This document shows, one piece after another, positions 9,981 through 18,448 of a DNA stretch of 32,540 bases. This DNA is from Alphaproteobacteria bacterium (GTDB taxonomy: Bacteria > Pseudomonadota > Alphaproteobacteria > RF32 > CAG-239), in the NCBI GenBank assembly GCA_017960745.1, contig JAGCYN010000049.1, positions 1 to 32,540 on the forward strand, given 5' to 3'. A model generated the notes under the pieces. The model saw only the letters and a list, made by a program, of their open reading frames with translations. It was not told the origin of the DNA and searched no databases. The position numbers and the translations under genes are program-made. Positions within the stretch are counted from its first letter, which is position 1, and each line of letters starts with the position of its first letter.

Positions 9981-11685
9981 CGGTTATACGCTGAACTATT
10001 CGGCAGCTGAATTTAAGAAAAAAGTCAGCAAGGAAATGCGTCAGGTTGTGTTGATTGATGAGAAATGTGAGGAGTATAAAAAACTTTCCGACGGCGATAA
10101 AAAAGCATTGCATTACTTAATCAATGCCGCGCGCATTATGAATGATGTGGCGCTTGAAATGGATCATCCGATGAATTTGGTGCAAAAACAGGCGTTGGAG
10201 GTGGCGGCGGAGAAAAGTCCTTATGCCGCCAATGCCTTGAAATTGTTTAATTCGCTGAACGGTGTTGCTGGTTCAAACGGTATTGATAAAGAACCGGTGG
10301 AAATTTTCAAGGAAATCCACATGTTTGAAGGGCGGAATTTTTATCCGACCGATTTGAGCAGTGCGGAATTGCAAAAGATTATCGCACAAATGCTGGATGT
10401 CGGCAAAACAGCCGAAGTGAAGACAATTTTAAGTGCGCGCACAATGGTTCGTCGCGATGGAGAATTTTTAAAAGCTATTGATTATACAGAATATTTTGCC
10501 GATGAATTTTCTGAAATTGCCAATGAATTGGAGTGTGCCGCCCACTTTACCACCGACGAATTGTTTAAGGATTATCTCGGCTGGCAGGCACAGGCGCTGT
10601 TACAGAATAACGAAGAAATGGATATTTTGGCCGATAAACATTGGGCTAAAATGCAGGATACCCCGTTGGAATTCACCATCAGCAGAGAAAACTATGATGA
10701 TAAATTAACACCGACCATCTTTTCCAATCAGGAACTGTGCCGCCGCTTGGAACAGGCACATATTCATCCGGTACCGAAAGATATGCTCGGGGTGCGTGTC
10801 GGTATTGTTAATCAAAAAGGCACGGAACTCTTACTGCAATTTAAAGATGAGATGATAAAACTGGCTGATTTGATGCCGCTTTGTGACCAATATACGCAGA
10901 ACGTCGGCGGCAAAAAAGGCCTGAAACAGACCATGGTGGATGTTGATGTGGCGGCGCTGACCGGTGATTATGCTTTGTGTCGCGGCGGCATTACAACAGC
11001 ACAGAATTTGCCGAATAACGATAAGCCGGCGTTGGCGCACGGCGGCGGTCGGCGCAATGTTTATCATCGTCAGGTCAGAATGAGCGGCGATAAGAAAAAA
11101 ACAGCGCAGATTTTGGATAAGTTGGTTTCACCGGCGTTGCATAAATATTACAGCACCGAGGCACGTCATCTATTTGTTATCGGGCACGAAAACGGCCATT
11201 CTTTGGGGCCGGACAGCAGTTATCAGACGTCTATCGGCATTTATCAGCATATCATTGAAGAACACAAGGCCAATATTATTTCTGCCGCGATGATGCCGGA
11301 ATATATAAAAGCCGGTATTATCACCGCAGAGCAATTAAAGGAAATTTATACCACTTGGATTATCAGAGATTTATTTGTATTGGCTTATCCGGCAGACCAT
11401 GAGGCGCATCGCGTGGCCGATGTGATGGAATTTAACTATCTGCACGCACATGGCGCTTTTTCGTTCAATGCGGAGAAAAAACTGGAAATTGATTTCAAAA
11501 AATTACCGCAGGTAGTGCGTGCTTTATTGGAGGATATTATCAAAGTTCAGTTGTCAAAATCGCCTGATTATGCTAAACAATATATCGACAAGTGGTCGGC
11601 ATGGACAGAGATGCAACAATATATTGCCGAATATAAGAGAAGTTTGGGCGTGAAGCCGTATATTGATATTGTTATGAATTTCTAA
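9970..11685 (+). CDS. Zinc metallopeptidase-like protein, M49 (DPP III)-like HExxH subtype
   Basis: VIGHENGHSLGP (HExxH) is followed about 25 aa later by IIEEHKANIISA, resembling the second M49 zinc motif EE(C/A)(R/K)A(E/D). No signal peptide. GGAG lies 7 nt upstream of the ATG at 9970. Confidence 0.6.
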   Translation: MKINGYTLNYSAAEFKKKVSKEMRQVVLIDEKCEEYKKLSDGDKKALHYLINAARIMNDVALEMDHPMNLVQKQALEVAAEKSPYAANALKLFNSLNGVAGSNGIDKEPVEIFKEIHMFEGRNFYPTDLSSAELQKIIAQMLDVGKTAEVKTILSARTMVRRDGEFLKAIDYTEYFADEFSEIANELECAAHFTTDELFKDYLGWQAQALLQNNEEMDILADKHWAKMQDTPLEFTISRENYDDKLTPTIFSNQELCRRLEQAHIHPVPKDMLGVRVGIVNQKGTELLLQFKDEMIKLADLMPLCDQYTQNVGGKKGLKQTMVDVDVAALTGDYALCRGGITTAQNLPNNDKPALAHGGGRRNVYHRQVRMSGDKKKTAQILDKLVSPALHKYYSTEARHLFVIGHENGHSLGPDSSYQTSIGIYQHIIEEHKANIISAAMMPEYIKAGIITAEQLKEIYTTWIIRDLFVLAYPADHEAHRVADVMEFNYLHAHGAFSFNAEKKLEIDFKKLPQVVRALLEDIIKVQLSKSPDYAKQYIDKWSAWTEMQQYIAEYKRSLGVKPYIDIVMNF

Positions 11686-11694
11686 GGGGTGGAA

Positions 11695-12084
11695 ATGCTG
11701 AAAAAATTGGCATCGGGAGAGTGCTCATTAAAAGTAACGTTTTGGGTTTTCGGTGTTTTCGGTTTTGCCGTTCTGGCACTGATTACCAATATTACGCACA
11801 GCAGTTTATTGCGTGTTATTTGTGGTCATGCGCGTTGTAACAGAAGCGTTATTTTATATTTCTTTTCAAACTTCATTTCGATTATGACCAGTCATAACGC
11901 GGCTTTTCGTTGGTTTTTGGTTATTCACTCGTTTATGGGGGCGCTTTTCGGGGCGTATATGTTAATGGTACTGCGCGGTTTATGGAAATCGGCGGAAAAA
12001 TATGAAGGCAGCTCTTTTTGGGCTGTAAGCGCTAAATTTTTGTTGGTCGTGATGGCCTTGTTTTGTTTGAAATCTATTATATAA
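11695..12084 (+). CDS. Small polytopic membrane protein (129 aa), unknown function
   Basis: Three to four hydrophobic segments (VTFWVFGVFGFAVLALI, VILYFFSNFISIM, FLVIHSFMGALFGAYMLMV, FLLVVMALFCL). AAGGGG RBS lies 5 nt upstream of the ATG at 11695. Confidence 0.6.
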   Translation: MLKKLASGECSLKVTFWVFGVFGFAVLALITNITHSSLLRVICGHARCNRSVILYFFSNFISIMTSHNAAFRWFLVIHSFMGALFGAYMLMVLRGLWKSAEKYEGSSFWAVSAKFLLVVMALFCLKSII

Positions 12085-12095
12085 GGAGAATGTTC

Positions 12096-12260
12096 ATGCG
12101 CGTTTGTTTTTTATTGTCATTGATAATGTTAATTGCTTCGTGCACGGCTGTTGAGGTCGGAAAGGTCAGTCCGGAACGCAAACATCTGTATGATTATAAC
12201 AATAACGATGAATATTGTCAGAAAAATCCGGACAGATGTGTCAACAATATTCCGTGGTAA
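12096..12260 (+). CDS. Small lipoprotein (54 aa)
   Basis: MRVCFLLSLIMLIASC carries the lipobox LIAS|C. AGGAG lies 7 nt upstream of the ATG at 12096. It is the last gene before the terminator. Confidence 0.55.
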   Translation: MRVCFLLSLIMLIASCTAVEVGKVSPERKHLYDYNNNDEYCQKNPDRCVNNIPW

Positions 12261-12265
12261 ATGAA

Positions 12266-12296
12266 AAGGCTCTGTTGCACAGAGCCTTTGATTTAA
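12266..12296. terminator. Hairpin terminator between convergent gene sets
   Basis: aaggctctg-ttgca-cagagcctt (9-bp stem), followed by a T-rich stretch. Confidence 0.6.
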
Positions 12297-12310
12297 GAAA
12301 AAAGATTATA

Positions 12311-12820
12311 TTATTCAATAGCGTAAATATCACGGACAAACCAGTTTTCGCTGTTTTTCTCGTCAGCAGACAAAACATAGATGACCGTGCCCTGGCATAA
12401 TCCGAACCAAGTGCCGTTACAATCGCTTTCGGTATAAATTTCAACCGTGTTGTTCGGTAAACTCTTTTTGCCGATGAAGCGATAATTGACTTCGGTCGGT
12501 CGGTTAATGCTCGGATCAGTCATGAAAATAAACTTCGGCAGTTTATCTTTGTTGCAGATTTTCAAATCCGGTCTAACGGTGCATTTCACCGCTGTTTCCA
12601 CCGCACAAGGCTTGGCTTCGTCCATGGAACAATCTTCGGTAATGTTTTGGGTGTTCCAAGTAAAGTTTTGTTCCGGCAGAACTTCTTCCGGAACCGGCTG
12701 TTGCTGCGCGTCTTCGGAAGAAACAATAACCTCATTATTGTTTGGTGTTTTTCTAATTAAGAACACGCTAAGTCCGATAAGCGCTAACATAGCGATGACA
12801 ACAATGATTTTCTTTAACAT
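12311..12820 (-). CDS. Membrane-anchored or secreted Cys-containing protein (169 aa), unknown function
   Basis: MLKKIIVVIAMLALIGLSVFLI is a signal anchor, and six Cys lie in the mature part. AAGGAAA lies upstream of the ATG at 12820. It starts 13 nt after the upstream OMP gene stop. Confidence 0.6.
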   Translation of the reverse strand: MLKKIIVVIAMLALIGLSVFLIRKTPNNNEVIVSSEDAQQQPVPEEVLPEQNFTWNTQNITEDCSMDEAKPCAVETAVKCTVRPDLKICNKDKLPKFIFMTDPSINRPTEVNYRFIGKKSLPNNTVEIYTESDCNGTWFGLCQGTVIYVLSADEKNSENWFVRDIYAIE

Positions 12821-12833
12821 AATTTTTTTCCTT

Positions 12834-13388
12834 TTAAAAATGATATTCCAATCCGGTCGTATATTCGACGGCATGATTGAATTTATCAAGACGATTAAAC
12901 TTAATATAGCGCGTTACAAAGCGCAGTTGCAAATGGTCACAAAGAGCGTATTTGAAACCGCCGCCGAAACGATATCCGAATCCGTGTTCATTATGGCGAT
13001 TTTCAGAAAATTCACGGATTTTATAAACGTATTCACCGACACCGGTTGTGGCCAGCAACGAAAATCTGTCGGCACTATCCAACGGCAGAAAAGCCAATAA
13101 ATCTAAGCCGTAAGCCCGATATGATGTTTTAATGGTTTGATTTTGCGGGCGGCGTTTGTTGCTGCTGCTTTGTGCCAAGAAAAGCTCGGTGGCAAAATAG
13201 CGGCTGTAATCGGAACCGATGCGAATATTTGCCGCATGATGATATGGCGAAATGCCGTGGGCCGTGGTGTGGTCATAAGTATAATCCGCGCCGATGTAGG
13301 GCGAATATTTATAACTGTCTGCGCGAGCATTTGCAACGACAGCGGCCACAAAAAATAAACTTGTTAAAAAAAAGGTAATCTTTTTCAT
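12834..13388 (-). CDS. Small outer-membrane beta-barrel protein (OmpA-N/OmpW-like, 8-strand class)
   Basis: Signal peptide MKKITFFLTSLFFVAAVVANA|RA. Alternating aromatic/hydrophobic strands (YIGADYTY, ANIRIGSDY, YGLDLLAFLPL, FGYRFGGGFKYAL, LQLRFVTRYIKF). The C-terminus is ...GLEYHF. GAGGA RBS lies before the ATG at 13388. Confidence 0.75.
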   Translation of the reverse strand: MKKITFFLTSLFFVAAVVANARADSYKYSPYIGADYTYDHTTAHGISPYHHAANIRIGSDYSRYFATELFLAQSSSNKRRPQNQTIKTSYRAYGLDLLAFLPLDSADRFSLLATTGVGEYVYKIREFSENRHNEHGFGYRFGGGFKYALCDHLQLRFVTRYIKFNRLDKFNHAVEYTTGLEYHF

Positions 13389-13467
13389 ATAAAATTTCCT
13401 CACATACAGTTTGCGAAATACATTATAATGAATTTATTGCAAAAATAAAGTAATTTCGTAAAAATTC

Positions 13468-13496
13468 TTGAGAATATTGCTTTTTTGTGGTATGTT
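13468..13496 (+). promoter_or_regulatory. Candidate promoter for the prepilin gene
   Basis: TTGAGA, a 17-nt spacer, then TATGTT, with a TGn extended -10 element (tgg) immediately upstream. Confidence 0.4.
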
Positions 13497-13514
13497 GAGG
13501 GGTAGGAGTTGGAA

Positions 13515-14117
13515 ATGAGAATGAATAACAGAAGTGCTCAAAGCGGTCGTTCCATGGTCGAAATGATGGGCTATATGGCCGTCGTTATGACAGTTATTGC
13601 GGCGGTCGGCCATTTAATCGGCAATGCTTATAATGAATTTAAATACAGCAAGGCTTCTATGCAAGTTTCGGATTTGGCCGCGGCAATTGTGCGTTCGGCA
13701 ACCGTTGATGCCGATTACAGCGAAGTTGTCGGCAATGTCCGAGCCGTTAATGACAATGGTAAAGCGATTATTCCAAAGACATTCCGCATTGTGGGCACAA
13801 CGGTGTATCATGCATTCGGCGGTACGGTTGAAGTAGCGGCTATGACCGGCGATGCTTCCAAGTTTGCAATAAAATTCAACAGACTGAACCGTAAACAATG
13901 TATCGAACTGGCTATGAAAGATTGGCAGCGTAATCAAACGGTGGATTTATACGAGATTGCCGTTAACAATAACTATTGGTTCTGGTCCGCCTATAAAAAT
14001 CTTGAAACGACGGATAACACATTACCGGTCAAACGTAGCGCTGTTGCCGGTACGGGAGCGGGGAACAGCGGACAATGTAATGCCAGCAATAACAGTATTA
14101 TGTGGGTATTTAATTAA
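13515..14117 (+). CDS. Type IV pilin-like protein with a prepilin-type N-terminus
   Basis: MRMNNRSAQSG|RSMVEMMGYMAVVMTVIAAV has Gly at -1, Glu at +5 and a hydrophobic alpha1 helix. Two Cys lie in the C-terminal half. TAGGAG RBS lies 6 nt upstream. Confidence 0.75.
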   Translation: MRMNNRSAQSGRSMVEMMGYMAVVMTVIAAVGHLIGNAYNEFKYSKASMQVSDLAAAIVRSATVDADYSEVVGNVRAVNDNGKAIIPKTFRIVGTTVYHAFGGTVEVAAMTGDASKFAIKFNRLNRKQCIELAMKDWQRNQTVDLYEIAVNNNYWFWSAYKNLETTDNTLPVKRSAVAGTGAGNSGQCNASNNSIMWVFN

Positions 14118-14145
14118 CAGGTTGTTTAATTCGTTGTGATATTGC

Positions 14146-14174
14146 TTGCAGTTCATTATTGTTGCGGTTAGTAT
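14146..14174 (+). promoter_or_regulatory. Possible promoter for dksA
   Basis: TTGCAG, a 17-nt spacer, then TAGTAT. Alternative hexamer pairs exist nearby. Confidence 0.3.
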
Positions 14175-14205
14175 GATAAAAATTATATTTTGAAAGGAGT
14201 GCGAA

Positions 14206-14631
14206 ATGACAACTTCTATAGTGTTACCACCGGATTATAAGCCGTCTAAAGACGAAGAATATATGAACGAATTGCAGTTGGAATATTTTCGTCAGAAATT
14301 GGAAAATTGGAAAAAGTCTTTGGTTATGCAGTCCGCCGATACTTTAGATGATTTGCGTCAAGGCGGGTTAAACCAACCTGATGAAATTGACCGTGCTTCT
14401 ATGGAAACCGATAAGTCTTTGGATTTGCGTACAAAAGACAGAATTCGTAAGCTGATTACCAAAATTGATGAGGCTTTGGATCGCATTGAAGACGGGACAT
14501 ACGGCTATTGCGAAGAAAACGGTGAGCCGATCGGTTTGGATCGTCTGGAGGCCAGACCTGTTGCCACGCTGTCGATTGAAGCACAAGAACGCCACGAGCG
14601 TCTGGAAGATACGTTTGACGACGGCAAATAA
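14206..14631 (+). CDS. dksA: RNA polymerase-binding transcription factor DksA, variant lacking the Zn-finger cysteines
   Basis: Coiled-coil tip DEIDRA (DxxDxA). The C-terminal region YGYCEENGEPIGLDRLEARPVATLSIEAQ aligns with E. coli FGYCESCGVEIG..RLEARPTADLCIDCK. Confidence 0.85.
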   Translation: MTTSIVLPPDYKPSKDEEYMNELQLEYFRQKLENWKKSLVMQSADTLDDLRQGGLNQPDEIDRASMETDKSLDLRTKDRIRKLITKIDEALDRIEDGTYGYCEENGEPIGLDRLEARPVATLSIEAQERHERLEDTFDDGK

Positions 14632-14651
14632 TAAATAAGTGCTGTAAAAAT

Positions 14652-15221
14652 ATGGCTGTGAAAGATTTTATTTTAGCATCCGGATCGCCGCAGAGAATCG
14701 CTTTGTTGCGGCAGATTGATTATGAGCCGAAAAAAATTTATCCCGCGGATATTGATGAAAGTTGCCTGCCGCACGAAGAGGCTTTGCCTTATGTGCGCCG
14801 CATGGCTTTGGCCAAAGCCAGGAGAGTATCGCAAGAATTTGCAACGGAAAATGTTTTGGCGTGTGATACCGTCGTTGTTGTCGGTAAACGTATTTTGCAT
14901 AAAGCTCAGAACGCCGATGAACAGCGTTCTTTTATGAAGTTAATGTCAGGTAAAAATCACCGCGTTATCAGTTCGGTATGTTTAATTAACAAACAGGGAA
15001 AAATCAGTCAACGAACTGTTTCCACCAAAATTTCCATGAAGCATTTAACGCCGGCGGAAATTGATGAATATGTAGCAAGCGGGGAGTGGAAAGGTGTTTG
15101 CGGTTATAAAATAGAGGGGCGTTTGGCGGGTTATGTTACGAAAATTGTAGGTTCGTATTCCGGCGTTGTCGGGTTGCCGTTGAGCGCAACGCTTAATTTA
15201 TTGAAGGGGGAAGGTGTTTGA
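14652..15221 (+). CDS. maf: Maf-like nucleoside triphosphate pyrophosphatase
   Basis: ILASGSPQRIALLRQI N-terminus, ACDTVVV, GYKIEG and VVGLPL motifs. Confidence 0.9.
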   Translation: MAVKDFILASGSPQRIALLRQIDYEPKKIYPADIDESCLPHEEALPYVRRMALAKARRVSQEFATENVLACDTVVVVGKRILHKAQNADEQRSFMKLMSGKNHRVISSVCLINKQGKISQRTVSTKISMKHLTPAEIDEYVASGEWKGVCGYKIEGRLAGYVTKIVGSYSGVVGLPLSATLNLLKGEGV

Positions 15222-16384
15222 TGAAAGCAGAAAAAATAATTTATGACAGAAATGATGAGGCTTTCGGTATTGCGGTTTTTGATGATGCCGGTTTGGCTGA
15301 GATAGATATTTATAACGAAGACAGAGCCAGAGAAGGTAATGTTTATCTGGGAAAAATCGTAAAAAAAATAAACCTTTCCAACGAAAAATACGGGTTTATG
15401 GTGGATATTGATGACGGTCACAGCGCTTTTCTTAACTCTTATGAGTCGGCTTTGAAAGAAGCCAACATGAGCGAAGGACAAAGCGTGGTGGTGCAAGTTG
15501 TGCAGGAAAAACGCGCGGAAAAAGGCTCGAAAGTGGTGCGCAATATTCAACTTGCCGGTACATATATGGTTTATTGCCCGTTCAAGTATGATGTGGAGTT
15601 CTCTCGTAAAATAGATGATATTGAAAAGGCCGAAAAATATGCTAAATTTGTGCGTGATAATTCGGTCGGACAAGAAGGTTGGATTTTGCGGACATTATCG
15701 GTAGAAGCCGATGAAAATTCGCTGCTACAGGAAATGAATCGCTTGCGTGAAACTTATGAAACCATTCGCCGTAAGGCACGGACAATGCAGGCGCCGGCTT
15801 TGTTGTACGCCAAGGAAAATCCGCTGTTGGAATATGTCAGACGCTATAAAGATACTTTAAGAGAAGTTATTGTGGATACACCGAAATTGCAGGATGAAGT
15901 CAAAGGTGTTTTTGACGGTGAGGTCAGCGTTCAGCATGAGGCCTTTGAGGAATACGGTGTTGATGATGAAATTGTCGAGGCTTTGAACCGTTCGGTTAAT
16001 CTGAAACACGGCGGCAGTATCATTATTGAAGAAACCAGAGCGTTTGTGGCAATCGATGTTGACAGTGGCAATGTTCATGCCGCCGGTGATATCGATAATT
16101 TAAATATTGAAGCGGCACACGAAATTGCAAAACAAATTCGTCTGCGCAATTTGGCCGGAAAAATTATTATTGATTTTGCCGGCTCATCGGAATATCGTTT
16201 TATGAAGCGCGTGATCGAGTGTTTGGAAGAAGATCTTGCTGATGACATTTGTCACAGCCGTGTTCTCGGGTTGAGCCGTGCCGGCAATGTTGAGATTTTG
16301 CGCCAACGCCGCCGACCGAGTTTGCGTGATTTATATACGGTAGAGTGCCCGACTTGCAGTGGCACGGGGAGAGTTGAACCGTGA
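15221..16384 (+). CDS. rng: RNase E/G family ribonuclease (compact, 387 aa)
   Basis: S1 domain GNVYLGKIVKKI...GFMVDI, 5'-sensor-like GWILRT, DNase I-like FVAIDVDSGN and GKIIIDFAG, and Zn-link CPTCSGTG at the extreme C-terminus. The ATG overlaps the maf TGA (TGATG). Confidence 0.85.
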   Translation: MKAEKIIYDRNDEAFGIAVFDDAGLAEIDIYNEDRAREGNVYLGKIVKKINLSNEKYGFMVDIDDGHSAFLNSYESALKEANMSEGQSVVVQVVQEKRAEKGSKVVRNIQLAGTYMVYCPFKYDVEFSRKIDDIEKAEKYAKFVRDNSVGQEGWILRTLSVEADENSLLQEMNRLRETYETIRRKARTMQAPALLYAKENPLLEYVRRYKDTLREVIVDTPKLQDEVKGVFDGEVSVQHEAFEEYGVDDEIVEALNRSVNLKHGGSIIIEETRAFVAIDVDSGNVHAAGDIDNLNIEAAHEIAKQIRLRNLAGKIIIDFAGSSEYRFMKRVIECLEEDLADDICHSRVLGLSRAGNVEILRQRRRPSLRDLYTVECPTCSGTGRVEP

Positions 16385-16593
16385 GCGAAGTGATTAAAAC
16401 ACGCCGGTGCCCGATTTGTCATAAATTGTTTGTTGATGACAAATATGCACCGTTTTGTTCTAAGCGCTGCGCGGATGTAGATTTGAATCATTGGTTTAAC
16501 GGCGATTATGCCGTTCCTTCGGAAGATATGGATGAATTAGATACCGAAGAGTTATCGGAGGCTTTGGATAATGCGGAAAAAGACAGAAAATGA
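16381..16593 (+). CDS. yacG: DNA gyrase inhibitor YacG (zinc-ribbon protein)
   Basis: CPICHKLF....APFCSKRCADVDLNHWFNGDYAVP is the canonical YacG core, followed by an acidic tail. The GTG start overlaps the rng stop by 4 nt. Confidence 0.85.
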   Translation: MSEVIKTRRCPICHKLFVDDKYAPFCSKRCADVDLNHWFNGDYAVPSEDMDELDTEELSEALDNAEKDRK

Positions 16594-17695
16594 GCCGCTG
16601 TTGACGTTAGATAAAGACCATCTTTTAAGCGTTGTCTTTGAAGGTGATATAACGCATTTTAACAGTGAAGATTTTTTACGTCGCTTCCGCGAAACCGCAC
16701 CGGCCGCCAGACTGATTGAGTTGACGGACAACGGTATTCAAGAGTGGGATTCATCGCTGGTTGCCGTTTTGTATGAAATTATCCGTTATGCCCAAGAAAA
16801 CAAGATAAAATGTAGTTATAAATCGCTTCCGAAAAACCTGAGGGACTTAATTCGTTTGGCGTTTGCCGATGACCGAAAGCCGACGCACGGCGGCACGGAT
16901 TATTCGTTTTTGGAGAGTATCGGCAAAGCCACAATTGATTTGTGTAAGACGGTCAATTCGGTCCTTTCTTTTTTAGGGCAAACATTGGCGTCGGTCGGGC
17001 GTTTTTTCAGCGGTCGTTCGGTGATGCGCGGGGTTGATTTTTGCAGTGCGCTTGAAGATTGCGGCCCGAAAGCAATTGCCATTGTGGCGCTGATCAGCTT
17101 TTTGGTCGGTTTGATTTTGGCCTTTGTCGGCGCTATTCAGTTGCAAACATTCGGTGCCCAGATTTATGTGGCCAGTTTGGTTACAATCGGTATGTGCCGG
17201 ATTATGGGAGCGATTATGGTCGGAATCATTATGGCCGGTCGAACCGGTTCATCGTATGCGGCGACCATCGGTACCATGCAGGTTAACGAGGAATTGGATG
17301 CCTTGCAGACGATGGGTATGTCCAGAGTTGATTTTTTGGTTTTGCCGCGAATTTTTGCCTTGATTTTAGCTATGCCGATTTTGACGATGTTGGCTGATAT
17401 TATGGGTATGATCGGTGGTGCGGCTGTTGGTGTGTTCATGCTTGACCTGCCTTATGAGGAGTATTTGGATTATTCCCTCAGAGCCTTTACTTTAAAGAAT
17501 TTCTTAGTCGGTATTTTTCACGGATTTTGTTTCGGAATAATTATCGCTTTGTGCGGCTGTTACAGCGGTTTGACCTGCGGACGTAATGCCGACAGCGTCG
17601 GTGTGGCAACGACGCATTCGGTGGTTAATGCCATTGTTTGGATGATTGTGGTAACCGGAATTATTACCGTGGTTTGTTTGGAGTTAGGTATATGA
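16571..17695 (+). CDS. MlaE-family ABC permease with an N-terminal STAS (MlaB-like) domain
   Basis: Residues ~10-100 fit a STAS layout (LLSVVFEGDIT...LIELTDNGIQEWDSSLVAVLYEIIRYAQENKIKCSYKSLPKNLRDLIRLA). The C-terminal part carries the MlaE signature GRTGSSYAATIGTMQVNEELDALQTMG...LVLPR. It overlaps yacG by 23 nt. Confidence 0.85.
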   Translation: MRKKTENEPLLTLDKDHLLSVVFEGDITHFNSEDFLRRFRETAPAARLIELTDNGIQEWDSSLVAVLYEIIRYAQENKIKCSYKSLPKNLRDLIRLAFADDRKPTHGGTDYSFLESIGKATIDLCKTVNSVLSFLGQTLASVGRFFSGRSVMRGVDFCSALEDCGPKAIAIVALISFLVGLILAFVGAIQLQTFGAQIYVASLVTIGMCRIMGAIMVGIIMAGRTGSSYAATIGTMQVNEELDALQTMGMSRVDFLVLPRIFALILAMPILTMLADIMGMIGGAAVGVFMLDLPYEEYLDYSLRAFTLKNFLVGIFHGFCFGIIIALCGCYSGLTCGRNADSVGVATTHSVVNAIVWMIVVTGIITVVCLELGI

Positions 17696-18447
17696 AAAAG
17701 ACGGTTAAAATTGATGTTAAAGATTTGACCGTCGGGTACGGCAGTTATGTTTTGCTTCATGATGCCGAATATCAGGTTAACCAAGGCGATGTCTTTATCA
17801 TCATGGGCGGGAGCGGTTGCGGCAAGAGCAGTATGCTGCGCGTGTTGACCGGTTTGATACCGCCGTTAAGAGGTGAAGTGATTATCGACGGCGTCGATAT
17901 TGCCCGAGCCTCGACAGAAGAGGTACAGCGAATCCGCGAAAAATCAGGTATTTTGTATCAGAGCGGTGCGTTATTCAGCTCAATGACCTTGGCTGAGAAT
18001 ATTATGCTACCGTTGCAACAGTATTCCGATTATTCGCCGGCAACCATACGTGAATTGGCCAGTTTAAAACTGGCATTGGTCGGGCTAACCGGCTTTGATG
18101 ATTTTTATCCGTCTGAAATCAGCGGCGGTATGAAAAAACGTGCCGGTTTGGCAAGAGCATTGGCGCTTGATCCGGATATTGTGTATTTTGATGAGCCGTC
18201 GGCAGGTCTTGATCCGATCAGCTCACGCAATTTGGATGACTTGATTTTGGAAATCAATCAAAGTTTGGGCACAACAATTGTGGTGGTTACCCATGAACTG
18301 GCTTCAATTTTTGCGATTGCCAACAATTCGATATTTTTGGATGCCGAAACCAAGACAATTCTGGCACGCGGCGATCCGAAAGAACTTTTGAAAAATCCGC
18401 CGAATGAGGCTGTTTATAAATTTTTGACACGCGGGGAGAAGAAGTAA
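17692..18447 (+). CDS. MlaF-like ABC transporter ATPase
   Basis: Walker A GGSGCGKSS, signature ISGGMKKRAGLARAL, Walker B IVYFDEPSAGLD, and an H-loop VTHEL. ATGA overlap with the permease gene. Confidence 0.92.
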   Translation: MKKTVKIDVKDLTVGYGSYVLLHDAEYQVNQGDVFIIMGGSGCGKSSMLRVLTGLIPPLRGEVIIDGVDIARASTEEVQRIREKSGILYQSGALFSSMTLAENIMLPLQQYSDYSPATIRELASLKLALVGLTGFDDFYPSEISGGMKKRAGLARALALDPDIVYFDEPSAGLDPISSRNLDDLILEINQSLGTTIVVVTHELASIFAIANNSIFLDAETKTILARGDPKELLKNPPNEAVYKFLTRGEKK

Positions 18448-18448
18448 A

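Noticed and set aside
12486-13100. 204-aa plus-strand ORF spanning the junction of the two minus-strand envelope genes
   Set aside because: It crosses the intergenic gap of the minus-strand genes. Each of those has an RBS, a signal peptide and, for the OMP, a C-terminal Phe. The plus ORF has no start context or motifs.
15131-15673. 180-aa minus-strand ORF antisense to maf and rng
   Set aside because: It is a shadow ORF. The plus strand encodes clear Maf and RNase G motifs across this interval.
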